NCBI GenBank assembly: GCA_013239625.1
Contig: MU053881.1
Coordinates: 6,471,957-6,535,956, forward strand
Direction of reading: 5' to 3'
Source: Lama guanicoe
Taxonomy: Eukaryota
Length of the DNA stretch: 64,000 nt
The notes under the pieces were generated by a model. The model saw nothing but the letters and a program-made list of their open reading frames with translations, did no database searches and had not been told where the DNA came from. Positions 25,498 through 37,312 of this stretch are shown in pieces. A program made the position numbers and the translations under genes. How positions within the stretch are numbered: the first letter of the stretch is position 1; each line of letters starts with the position of its first letter.

Positions 25498-26257
25498 CTG
25501 ATTCACAGGGTCCTTTGTTTCGTGCAAATGTTGGTGCTCTGCTGAGAGTTTAGCTCCTTGAACTGGCAGACATTCTCATAGGTTTTCCCTTTCAGCCCAC
25601 CGAAGCTTTCCTGGGTCACACAGATGCATCATGGCTTGGAGATTCCTCCATCTATCAGCACCTCTTCATCCAAGACACATGCCAGGTGGTGCTTACACTA
25701 ACCATAGAGATGACTGTTTCTGTCTGAGTCACAGAGCTGACCTTCCATATTCCCATATTCTAAGCAGCAGCCACATTGATCCAACATAGTCCCTGACAAG
25801 CAGTTTGCAGGCTGGGAGCAGAGTTCTAAATTGCATTTTCCTCAGTCACCACCTCCCCTGAATAATCTCAGCCAGTTCTCATGATGCAAAGTGGGGAGAC
25901 TTTGCAAAACACGTAGCAGGGCTGCAAAGACCACTATGCTTATCAGAGACTTCATTCAAAGCAGTGAACATGAAGCTTGAATGTTTAGTTTTAAGCCAAG
26001 AGGGGGAAAAAGTCCCCATTTCTTCTTTTTCTTTTTCCTCTTCAAAGAAAAAAAAATCACATATCTGCCTTAGATGATTTCAAGCCAATATTGACATCAG
26101 ATTCCAAGTCTAGAGAAGATAAATAGGATATTTGAATATCCACAAATGCTCTTCTGGGATGCAGTTTTCATAAGGACAGCTTTTGGGTTTAAAACAAACT
26201 ATGCTCTTGGCAGTAGAAGTGTTGTTTTTGCTTCCTGTTGGTTCCAGAAGCCAAATC
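25498..26257 (-). pseudogene. Decayed gene, large exon ending ...ECLPVQGAKLSAEHQHLHETKDPVNQ
   Basis: cgtctcAG acceptor, CAG|GTAATA donor in phase 0 matching the next exon; internal pieces such as FFFEEEKEKEEMGTFSPSWLKTKHSSFMFTALNEVSDKHSGLCSP; several shifts. Confidence 0.55.
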
Positions 26258-27062
26258 CTGAGACGGTTATTGTATGAGAATAGAATTGTTTCACCACTTA
26301 ATATTAAGCTCAAGAAATTTTAAGAAAAATTATGTTAAGTATAAAGATTATTATCATGTGTGATTTTTTTTTATATTAGGGACTTTCTGTTCTTTTTTCC
26401 CTCCTTCCAACTTTCCTTCCTTATTTTCTCTCTCCCTCCCTTTTTCGCTCCCTCCCTGCCTTCCTCCCTTTTTTCTTCCTTCTGTTCTAATCATAAGAGG
26501 GAGACTAACATGTTCAATTCATCTGTGCTACTATTTTGTGAAATACTAGAGAATATCCATGCTCCAACCTCACTGGCCTCTGTTTTTTTGAGGGTCAAGT
26601 GAGGCTTTAGGGCATTATTTAACACACCATGATTCTAAAATAGCTGCTAAATAAGAATAAAGCTTGGTACTTGTAGTTAAACATGGTAAATGAGTTCTCA
26701 CATGTTCCCTCCTCAAATCGCACTAAAATGACAGTGAAGGAATTTGAAAAGCACACACCGACAAGGACCCAGAGAACAGGAGAAGACTTCATAGCTAATG
26801 AGAAAATCAATGCAGTGTTGGAAGCTGGGAAGCAAATGTACAGGTGGTAGCTGGTTTGGCACATCAGAGAGAATAGAACTTTAGCTATCTGTAGTGGGAG
26901 AAGGTGACAAGGAACCAGACACGTTGCACTGCAGAAATCCAGAATGTCAAGACTTGACACCAGTCGGAACCTCTGGAGACCAAGTTGTAGTGTGGGGCTG
27001 AAAACAGGATGTTTTGAAAGTTAGTCTAAAGAACAGTGAGATCCCTTCCAGGGTATCTGATT

Positions 27063-27108
27063 CAAAACAAAACAAAACAAAACAAAACAAAACAAAACAA
27101 AACAAAAC
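27063..27108. repeat. (CAAAA)n repeat
   Basis: About nine tandem CAAAA units. Confidence 0.95.
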
Positions 27109-27709
27109 ATAACCCAGAGGTTAATTTCTTGGAAGGTTTGCTCAGCTGTGGCCAGGAGATTTAATGAAAGTCAGGTTACTGTACAGTAGCACCTCATGCC
27201 CGTTTTCCCTCTGGGCTCCCAGGATGCTAGCATCCAAGTTTATACCTTCCAAGGAAGAAACGGGAGGATCCTTCTAGGGGGAAACTGACCTACTAGAGAC
27301 ACAACCCTTGGGTGGTGACTTTGGGTACTGACCAGTGAAAAAGCTGGCCCGCCAGCTCATCACCCTTTTATCACTCTCTTAAAAAGCTTACCAGTTGGAT
27401 GTTCTGCCCACACACAGAACTTCCTATATCATATTTAAGAGTGCTTCAGAGCGATACAGGCAACAGGAAAGCCTCTAATATGAAAGACGAGAGTCAAATA
27501 AGCAAATAAGAAAAATACTGCTTACAGGAAGTAGACAATTTAGGGAGCAGAAGAAAACTTTTAAAAAATGTTTCATCTTTAGAGAGAGAAAAGAAAATTT
27601 TGCATCCTTGGAATAAGCATAAGATGCTGTAATAAAGAGACATTCAGAGAAGAAGAAATAGACCCTAGAAATGAAAAATAAAATACCCAAAATAAAAAAC
27701 CCATTAGTT

Positions 27710-28120
27710 TTTGTTTTCATTTTTGTTTTTGTTTTTGTTTTTACTGAGGTATAGTCAGTTTATAATTTTGTGTCATTTCTGTTGTACAGCACAATTCTTC
27801 AGTCATACATGAATATACACATATTCATTTTCATATTCTTTTTCACTGTGACTACTACAAGATATTGAATATATTTCCCTGTGTTATACAGTATAAACTT
27901 GTTTATCTATTATTTATGTATGAGTCAGTATCTGCAAATCTCGAACTCCCAGTTTATTCCTTCCCACCCACCTCCCCTCTGGCAACCACAAGTCTGTATT
28001 CTATGTCTGTGAGTCTGTTTCTGTTTTATATATTAGGTTCATTTGTCTTTTTTTTTTTTAATAAGATTCCACATATGAGTGATATCAGTGCTATTTTTCT
28101 TTCTCCTTCTGGCTTACTTC
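27710..28120 (-). mobile_element. Young L1 3' UTR fragment (same family as 11846-12240)
   Basis: Clearly alignable to 11870-12235 (tatagtcagttta...agtatctgcaaatctc...ttctggcttacttc) with a (GTTTTT)n tail. Confidence 0.9.
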
Positions 28121-29379
28121 TCGAGGGCTATCCATATTGATGCAAATGCAAAACCCATTACTTTGAAGTAAAAGTTGAGGAAATCATCCAAGATGAAAAA
28201 TAAAAAGGCAAGAAGATAGGCCAAAATTGATGAGCTAGAAAATCTTTTTTGGAGTTACCACATCTAACTAATAGGAGTTAAAGAACTAGAGAAGAGAGAA
28301 ATTATCATAGGGAAGGAAATTATCAAACAAACCATACAGGACAACTTTCCAGAACTGAATCCCATGCATCTCTATGTTGAAAGAGCCTGCTAAGATCCCA
28401 GCACGATAAATGAGGTCAACTTCAAGAGTGATCAGTGTAGTTTGGGGCACTTCAGGGCTCCAGAATGAATGTTGGGGAAAAACAAAACAAAGCATGCACA
28501 CACAGAAAAATGTGATGCACGTGATAAATTGCTTGATGCATTTGACCACACTGAGAGTTTTATGATTCTGGTAGAGAGCTGCAGGTGAATTAGTAATGGG
28601 AATATAAAATAGTAAAGAAATGGAATGATAATGCAATTATTAATTCCTGCGAAAACTACTATGCAAGAAAAGAAAAATTAATCAAGGTGTACTACTACTG
28701 TTGTTCATCTGTGAATAATACTTCTATGTCCAAATCAATGTAAATATTGACTGTCAGCCAAAAATTCTTACATTTTTATATTAAAAGGAAGGAAGAGGGG
28801 AGTTATGGGGAGGGCATGGTGGTTGAGAGTTAATCCTCATCTGTCATAGTAATAAGTCAATTATAATTCAAAATCTTAAGAAAAAGTCAAGAAATAGCAA
28901 TTAAGTATATTTTAAAGGAAATATGAAGATAAATAGCAGAAAAAGCAGTTGAAAGAGTTTTACTCTGGGGATGAGAATTAGAGGTGGAAAGGGGTAGAGC
29001 AAGGAACCGTTGCTATTTGTTCAAAGTCCTATGGAACTCTTTAATGTTATATGCATATGTTACTTGGCTAAACATAAATTTTAAATTAAAAGTAATAGTA
29101 ACAGCACACAGTCAGATAATTACTTATGTCTTGGTTCAAACCTTGACTCTGCCTATCACCAGCTCATGACCCTTGGCAAGTAGTTTCACCAACTTGATCT
29201 TAAAATGTCCTCAAAATTGGAATATATTTTGCAGAGCTGTGATGAAAATGAAAAAAGATACATATGTAAATGCTTCTAGTAGATACAGAGACACTTAATA
29301 AGTAGCAGTTTTTTTTTCATTAGTTCATTGCAATCAATAATTACAGTAAAAGTAAGTCTTCTTAGAATAATTAACCTAC

Positions 29380-29469
29380 TCTGGCACCATAACCTTTGGC
29401 TAAATATCACTGTGGGCAGAATATTGTATTGGCTTGCTTTAGACTCTTGCTAAGTGGCCTGGCTGTTGC
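29380..29469 (-). pseudogene. Candidate upstream exon of the decayed gene: ATARPLSKSLKQANTIFCPQ*YLAKGYGAR
   Basis: ctgtttctcAG acceptor, AGA|GTAGGT donor; exactly 90 nt, phase 0/0, one TGA. Confidence 0.45.
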
Positions 29470-30524
29470 CTGAGAAACAGTGATTTAAACTAGACATATG
29501 GATTTCTGTCTAAGTATGATAGATGAGGTAAGATAACAACTGGAAAAGGGGGAATCTCGAGGAAGGGGGTGGGAAGGGAATTGATTTTGGTTTTCTTCAA
29601 AGGGCCGGTGTCATTTTTCTTAGATTTGTCATCATGTCTTGTTTGATCACTTGAAATCTCGGTGTCAAATACCAGCTATTTGCTTTACAAAAGCAGCAGG
29701 TTTTATAGAAGAATTAGAAAGTTTTGGGAAATAAAGAGGAAAGGAAGAGACAGTGTCTGATGCTAGTTGCCATCCTAGAGAAGGACCGCTATCACAGGAC
29801 TGGGGCTCGAGAGATTCATAAACAATGAAGTAGGACTAGAGGGTGTGGTGGGGCACACATGAGGTGTCCTTTGTTTTCCAAGTCTTGGCTAGTCAGCTTC
29901 CTTTGAAACCTCACAACCCCAAACTTAACCCAAATAACTAGCTCATGATGTGGTTATTTATACTCCCCAACCCCCCGCCACTTCCAAAAATGAGAAAATT
30001 TAAGCAACGAGGTTAAATAATTTGCCCAAGATTGAATATTTAGCAGAGCCAGAATTCGTACCCCAGTGAATCTCACTCGAAATTCCACCTACTTTTTTTT
30101 ATTTTAGCATTCTCTCTCCAGACATGGACTTATTTTTATGAAATAAGTGCATGCAAGCCTTTTGTAAAGCATAAAGTATTATATAAATCCAAGAAATTTT
30201 AGACATTATTTCACATGTGAAAGGTAAAAGATACCTAAAAATCAGAAAACCAGTTATACTCATGTAACACTCAATGTATTTTAGTTTGTGCATCAGGTTG
30301 AAAAGAGAAGGGAACACGAGGCCAAAATGGAGAAGAAGTGGAAATAGAGATGCAAAGTGGTGGATTTGGGTACTTCAAGATGAAAAGAATAATAAAATTA
30401 TTTCTGTGTAGTGGAAATTGCTCAATTTAAACATTCACTTCTTGCATGAAAAATTTTATATTATGAATTTTCTGGGTATAAATTAAAGAGCGGTTATTTC
30501 GAGGCTGATCCACAAAAAAGTTTA

Positions 30525-30695
30525 GGTTTTTGTTACTCAGCGTGTGACTCAGGACTGGGAAATCACCTGCCTCACCTGGGATTTTGTTGGAAATGTAGAA
30601 TCTGGGCCCCACCTGGTCTTCCTGAGGCAAGGTGAGCAGTTTAACGTGACCCCCAGGTGATATGTGTGCGCATTTCAGTCTCAGAAGCATTGCTT
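30525..30695. mobile_element. MER5A-like hAT-Charlie MITE
   Basis: tcacctggga...tgttggaaatgtagaatctgggcccca...cccaggtgat...gaagcattg. Confidence 0.6.
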
Positions 30696-31369
30696 TAGAC
30701 CAAAAGCCAAAGGTTGTGGATGAAGAGAAAAGGGCATAAATTTGGGCAAGGAGTTTATGGGATTACATATTTTTTATGAGAAAAATGAATTTCAGAGAGT
30801 ATCTTGAGTATTTTTTATGACGAATCAGTATGAACAAATTATTCCAATTGTCACAAAAATGACTGGATTGTCACTAGAGAGTGGAGATGTGGAGGTAAGT
30901 TGTATTGTAAATAAAGTTTATTGAACAAAGAGACAAAAAGTTTAGGTATTAAAAAGGATCGGGACATTTAATTCAGCCTACCACTTACCAGCTATGTTTT
31001 AATGAGCTGAAGAGGACTTAAATGAAATCTTGGAAATTTAGCTTAAAAATTTCCCTCTAATATGTTATGAATAAAACAAAAGCAGAACTTTGGGATTCCT
31101 TGCTTGTCAAGGAAATTCAGTATTTCATAAAGAAATGTAGTTTACTCCTTCAGTGTGCTAAGGAGGAGGGAGGGAACGGATATTGAGCACCTTGTGAAGA
31201 ACCCAGCAGTGGAGCAGGAAATGGTACCCTTAGGTCTCCTGAATCCCTGCTAGGGGATAGGTCACATTTCCTGGCAACCTGTCATCATCATTTATGATTT
31301 TGAACTCTCAGCAGAACATGATACTGGAAGAGATTGGTGGAGACGTGAGGGAGGGGCACAGAGATTCAG

Positions 31370-31472
31370 TGATGTTAGTGGTGATGGTGATGATGTTGAT
31401 GATAATGGTGGTGGTGGTGATATGATGGTGATGATGGTAGTGTTGGTGAGGATCATAGTGATAATGGTGACG
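31370..31472. repeat. (GAT/GGT)n low-complexity repeat
   Basis: Degenerate GATGGT run. Confidence 0.85.
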
Positions 31473-31476
31473 GCAG

Positions 31477-32067
31477 TGTTGCTGAGTCCAAGCTCGTACT
31501 GCGAACCACTCAACAAGCCAGTAAGTTGAGAGGCAAGGTATGGGGCAAGGAATAGCAACTTTATTCAGAAAGCCAGCAAACTGAAAAGATGGCAGACTAG
31601 TGTCCTGAAGAATCATCTTAACTCGGAGTGGAATTCAGGCTTCTTTAATGCTAAGGGAAAAGGGGAAGGAGGAGGATTCAAGATATGGGTAAAGGTGGAT
31701 TGCAGGCTTTTTGGAGCCACCTGTCCTTCTAGGAAAGCATAACATTTCTTTGTTCTTCAGCTTGCTCACATAGGCTGCATCACAAGGCTGCTGCAAAACT
31801 TTACGTCGTTGGCAGTTATTTTTACTTTACCATTCTTATCTCTGCTTATTTGCAAGGTTTCAAGGCTGAAAGCAAACTTATCTACAACTAACCCAGGACT
31901 GGGGCATGGGAACTTTCTTCAGGGAACTCTGTGACCTGTTTGGGCACAAGCAACATTTCCCTAATGTTTAACCCTTGCCGTACAGAGCTAAAGTAATAGA
32001 ACACATTGGCTAAAGAACTTGGGAGGCAGTTTCAACATGGTGTTAGTTCTGATCTTCCTCTGTTACA
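31477..32067 (-). mobile_element. ERV solo LTR
   Basis: TG...CA termini (tgttgct...tgttaca), about 590 bp, AATAAA on the minus strand near 31560; ERV1-like LTR wording. Confidence 0.7.
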
Positions 32068-33654
32068 GTGGTCAGGAAGGATAAAAGTTGAGAAAAGCAG
32101 TGCTAAGGATTCTCCTTCTTAAACAAAATACACTCCTGATACTACTTCCGCCAACGTTGTTCGTTCTGGCTGAAGAAGCGTGGCTTCAAGAAACTGAAAC
32201 TGAGGATGAAAAAAGAGACTTGGGCATCCCAATGTGATCTTAGCATATATGGAGCTTTCCAGAGCTCTATGAAATGGATGTAAGTGAATAATCCTTATTG
32301 TAACCCACAACCAAGGTTAAAAAAAATCAGGAGCTTCACTAAATGTATCTGGCAAGCATTTCGTCTTCCCTTAAATAAAATAAATTCCCTTAATAAAGCC
32401 AATGGAGGCAGGGTTGGTGGCGGGGGTGGGGAGTGGAGAGGATGTGTATGATTTATTATGGAGCAAGGAGAGGGCCTTGGTGGTTCTGAACTATCTATTT
32501 AGAACTGCTGGTTCTAAAACCAAGTTGTACATGGGTTTCTCTTTTTGTGCCAATCTTACATTTTTTAAAAAATATAACTTTTATGGATATCATCATTAGT
32601 GCTATAAGCACAGGGAAGTATAAGTTAATTCTACAGTAAAGTGATTATTAAATCCATTAGTCATATACAGGGAATCCATAATTAACTTATTCTCCAGCAT
32701 CAAGTAAATGATTCTACTGTGTGCTTTAAGAAAGCAATTGTTCACTAATATGCAAAATACAGCAGAACTATTAGATCATAAAGCTATGCAATCTTATAAT
32801 TAAATTATAAATTTTACATATTTTAATAATGTGCTTTATATACTTTAATTGTTTTCTACGCAAGATTAAAAGGAGGTGCCACGGTTTCTCTCAGACATAT
32901 TATATCTTGACCTGAACCATGCAATACTTAATAATAACTGATGAGCATCTAGCAGGGATGACAGCAGTCTTTCAGCAGCATCAGATATTTCTTTGGATTA
33001 TTGCCGAGGACGAAAATGAAGACATGCATTAGTCTTGAGTGGAGTCGCAGCTATACCCTTGGGCTTTCTTTTGTTTTCCACCCTTTTGCTGTTATAACAG
33101 CGGCAGGCATCCATGTTCTCTCTTCCCGGAAGGGGCTGGCCTCCATTCTCCCTGCCTGCCTTGGCTGTGCACGTGGGTAAAGGCAACGCGCACATTAAAT
33201 TCTCTGCGGGGGACTTATGTGCCTACATGAGCAATCTATTGTTATTATTGTGTTTTGGAGTAAATAATGGTGCCATCCTTTTGCATGTGCACAATTAAAC
33301 GTGTTTGAAAGATCTGGGAAATACCGCAGACCTGTGCTGCAGGGGGTGCGTCTGTAACCTTCTGTTTTCCCAAGCCCTGACTCCTGCAGTGCTGTTTTCC
33401 TTTATTCTCTCTCAGAGGGAGCCAGCCTTGCTCAGATGGCCACAGTGTTCCAGCCAGCTTTCCAGTCTTCAGAAGTAACATGGCATTGAAGATGCCCTCC
33501 ACACAAGTAGAATAAGACGTTCATTCATTCGGCAACTCTTGCTGAGCGTTTACTGCATGCCCAGCCATGAGCTCAACACTAGGGGGGTAAAGATTTAAAA
33601 AGACAAAGTTTCTTGACTTAGGTGCATGAATCAGGTGTATCACTAAGGCTTACA

Positions 33655-34040
33655 CAGTATATGAGTTTGTCAGAGCTACCAAGAAGTGCCACAGACTGGG
33701 TTTCTTAAACAACAGAAATTAACTTTCTCACAGTTCTGGAGCCTGGAAGTCCACAATCAAGATGACCACAGGGTTGGTTTCTTCTGAGACCTCACTCCTT
33801 GGCATGCAAATGGCCCCCTCCTCGCTATGTTTTCACATAGTCTTTCCTTTATGTGTGTCTGTATTCTAATCTCTTACAAGAACACCAGTCATATTGGACA
33901 GGGCCCACTGGAATGACCTCATTTTAACTTAGTTGCCTCTTTGAAGACCCTTATCCCCAGTTACCGTCCCAATCTGAGGTTCTCAGGGTTAAGACTTTAA
34001 CATACGAATCTGACGGGGACATAATTCAGCTAATAAACAC
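33655..34040 (-). mobile_element. MaLR solo LTR (MLT1A-like)
   Basis: cttaaacaacagaaatt...ctcacagttctggagcctggaagtcc..atcaag. Confidence 0.85.
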
Positions 34041-34899
34041 CAAGGGATCACCATTACGAAGCCCAGCCTAGGGTAGGGAAGGCTTCTTGAATGGTAACTC
34101 TATTCTAAATGTTGGAAGATAAATAGGAGTTACTCGGGTGACATATGGGGAAGAGGGATAGGCAGCCTGGGTGGATAGGGCAACATGTGATGATTAGTCT
34201 TGAGTATAGCCAGAGCTGAGTGTGAACGGGGTGGGAGAAGAGATTGACATAATATTGAGTCTGGAAGATGGGTAGGAAGGCCAACATTGGACGGCCACGT
34301 GAGTCATGCTAAGGGGTTTGGGCTTTATCTTGAAAGCTCAAAGAAACCACTAAAGGATTCTAGGCTGGAAAATGATGAGATCAGTTTTATTTTTTACAAA
34401 GAAGGTGGTATACTTAGAGGCCCAACAGAAAGACCACCAGTGTCCCAAAATATCTTCCCTATGTGATTTGCCACAGCACTTGAAATTCTCAGTACCAAAG
34501 AAGCATTCCTTTGGGTCATTATCCTGGAGATGCAATCCCCTTTATTTTCTTGTTGGCACTAATCAGGATCTATAACTATCGGATTTTTTTGGTGTGGTTG
34601 TTTCTTTGGTGGACTGTTCGCTGTGTATCCTCTGCACCTAGCACAGTGCCTGGCATGTAGTGGCTGCTCAATACACATTTGCAGAAAGAGTGAATGAGTC
34701 ATCCTGGCATGAACAATGCATTAAGCTATTAAAGTCAATAAATTGACCCAGAGCCCTTGGGAATAAGACAAGTTTTGGTAATGGTAAGTAGGGAAATGTA
34801 AGCCAGACCTAGGAGAAATTAGGTGGGCCAGTGGGAGGAGCCAGCACACTGGCTCACTGTGGGGCTGAGCGGGTGGGAGATGAGGACTAATTGGGATAA

Positions 34900-35150
34900 T
34901 GTACGTGGAAGTGGTTTGTACTCTGGGTTTGGAAGCTAGATGACCAGTTGGAATCACACCTCTGCCACTTAACAGCCATGTGACCCTGGATAAGTGGCTT
35001 ACCCACTCTAGATCTTCATTTCCTCATCTTGAGGATAATGATAGTTCCTACCTTTTAGGTTGTAGTGAGGATTAAATGAGTCAATATAAGGAAAATTTTT
35101 ATAATTGGGCCTGGCACATCATAAGTGTTATATCAATCTTGGCTACTATT
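34900..35150 (+). mobile_element. MIR SINE
   Basis: ctctgccacttaacagccatgtgacc...gtgaggattaaatgag core. Further MIR/L2 fragments lie near 6.4-6.6, 15.3-15.55, 34.1-34.7, 38.0-38.4, 39.8-40.0, 48.2-48.45 and 50.75-51.0 kb. Confidence 0.8.
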
Positions 35151-36909
35151 ATTGTAATCTGTTTTTAAATTTTAATTAGAGGAGACACAATTGGTCCCCT
35201 TGACTCTGAACTCTATTCCTCTTTCTCCAGCTTCTAAGCTACTCCTATTCAGTTTCTAAACCTAAATCATGTTACTTTTCTACTTAAAAACCTTAGCCTT
35301 GAAAAAGATTCTTGACTTGAGTTCAGCTTATCACATGTATATTACATGACTGTCATGTTCCAGGACCTGGAACAGAAGCTGTGAAAAGATAAACGCAGAA
35401 GTGTCTTCTATTGATGGCTTCACATCGTTTCAAGCAGTGTTTCTCAGAACTTGGTCCACAGACTGCCCATTAGCCTTTCTGGTGGTGAACAAAGCTACAG
35501 TCAACCAGGTATGTAAGTGCTCAGAGTAGAGCGAGGACAGAAGTCTAGGGCTTGACATGGTCACAAAGGCATGGAGAAACTTGTAGAAAAGAAGCAGGAG
35601 GAAATGTGACACTGAGAGCTACAGTGTCCTTTCTAAAGAACTGGTCACATCTTTTATACCACCCAGAAGAGAGCTACTGAGGCCGAGGGTTTTTGAAGAA
35701 AAGGGAGTGCATGAAGAATTCAGACACTTCCAAGCCTACTTACTTAGACCCTCCTACACTGTGGCTACCCAGACCAAACTTGGCTTCCTAGAATCGGCTG
35801 ACAGAGCAAGAGCCTGTTTAATTTGTGAGTTCTGGACACAAAAATCATTCTCTGTGGCAGCTCCGATATTGGCAGATGGGAGATTTAGCTCTGTCCTGTT
35901 TATATAACAGCAGTTGATAGATAGTGACTTCATAGTTGGATATTTATGAGAGGTTTCATTTCAAATAATATAGTTTTGGCCCGTGGCAATGCGAAGGCTC
36001 TTACCCATTATTACTGAGAAGCTAAATCTTTAGGATATTGTAACTATAACTGCAGGGTCTGTTTCATCTACCCGGAAGAACTGGAAAAGTTAATATTTTT
36101 CAAAGCAATGAAAGCTGTATTATAAAAAGTCTCATTAGGAAGTTATCTGTGCCTAAAACATATAGGCTATCAGAAGGTCAGGTATGAAGAAAGCAACTTT
36201 TCATACTTTTCTTTTACCTTATGACTTCTATCACACTTCTATAACAAGGTAATTAAAAAGAAAGAAAAAAAAAACTTTCCTGCTTTCCGTTACAGAAACC
36301 GAACACTTGGCCATGCCCTCCAGCCTGGTCTCAGCTCTGAGATGAGCTGGGGGAGTCCATTCCTCACCTGAAAAGGGCAGTGGTCTTTGCTGTGTTAGGA
36401 GCTGATGCTCCTGCTGACATAGTGCTGTTCCCGGACCTGGAAACTGTCACCAAACCATGAGTGTCCACTGCTTCCTCAGGTGTAGAATTACATTCCCCTC
36501 ATTTTAACACCACCTGGATGTATCTTCCAGAGTCTGTGGGTTTTAAATCTTTGTAATGTGATGGGAAGTCTGTGGCAGTTGGGTCTGGAAAAGACGGGTA
36601 GGTAGGGTGGTTAAAAAAAACTCTTTAAGAATGGGTGCCTGGAAGCAGCAGGGAAACATCATGGCACTGTGGCTCTTCTCAAAGGGACACTGGATGGCAC
36701 ACAAGGACCCAAGTCACAGGGGCTCTCTTGGTTTGGGGGAGACAGAGAAAGAGCTAGATGGTTGGAGAAAAATTGGGCAAGTAAAGAGGGTGATAGATTT
36801 AGCAGAAGGCTTAAATTTTTTCCTTTTTGTATTTGTAATGCAGGAAATTGAGCAGGACATATGTGGTATCCTGTTACTTTTTTAGGAGGCCAGTGACAGG
36901 AGTTATGAC

Positions 36910-37312
36910 TGTGTAATGGGATGAATTGGGTCATCCCCCCATCTCTGCCCATATTCGCTTGCTGAAGTCCTAACTCAACAGGTAACTCAGAGTAGGACTT
37001 TATTGGAGATAGCATCTTTAAAGGGGTGATTTAGTTAAAGTGAGGTCATTTTTTGTGGTCCCTAATCCAATATGATGGGTGTCCTTATAAGAAAAGGAAA
37101 TTAGGACACAGACATGTACAGAGGGAAGGCCATATGCAGACACAGGGAGAAGACAGCCACGTATAAGCCAAGGAGAGATCTCAGAAGAAACCAACCCCGT
37201 GGTCACCTTTATCTTGGACATCTAACCTCCAGAACTGTGAGGATATAAATTTCCATTATTTTAGCCAGCCAGCCTGTGATGCTTTGTTATGGTGGTCCTA
37301 GCAAACTATTGC
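36910..37312 (+). mobile_element. MaLR solo LTR (MLT1B-like)
   Basis: ccctaatccaatatga..ggtgtccttataagaaaaggaaattaggacacagac...cctccagaactgtgag. Confidence 0.85.

Larger units (their letters stand above)
15010..26257 (-). pseudogene. Decayed intron-containing protein-coding gene (candidate unitary pseudogene), best-supported 3' part; probably extends to about 40.8-44.6 kb
   Basis: Chain of exon-like segments with matching splice phases: 25498-26257, 23211-24623, 22410-22746, 20529-20681, 20253-20380, 17675-17972, 16110-16337, 15763-15866, 15010-15247. Translations are protein-like but carry in-frame stops and frameshifts. Confidence 0.78.
26620..29080 (+). mobile_element. Old L1 5'/ORF1 fragments, interrupted by a younger antisense L1 tail
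   Basis: A-rich degenerate ORF1-like sequence, with L1 3'-like sequence near 28.9 kb. Confidence 0.55.

Noticed and set aside
31292..31616. His/Thr/Ile-rich ORFs
   Set aside because: Translations of the (GAT/GGT)n simple repeat plus the adjacent LTR.
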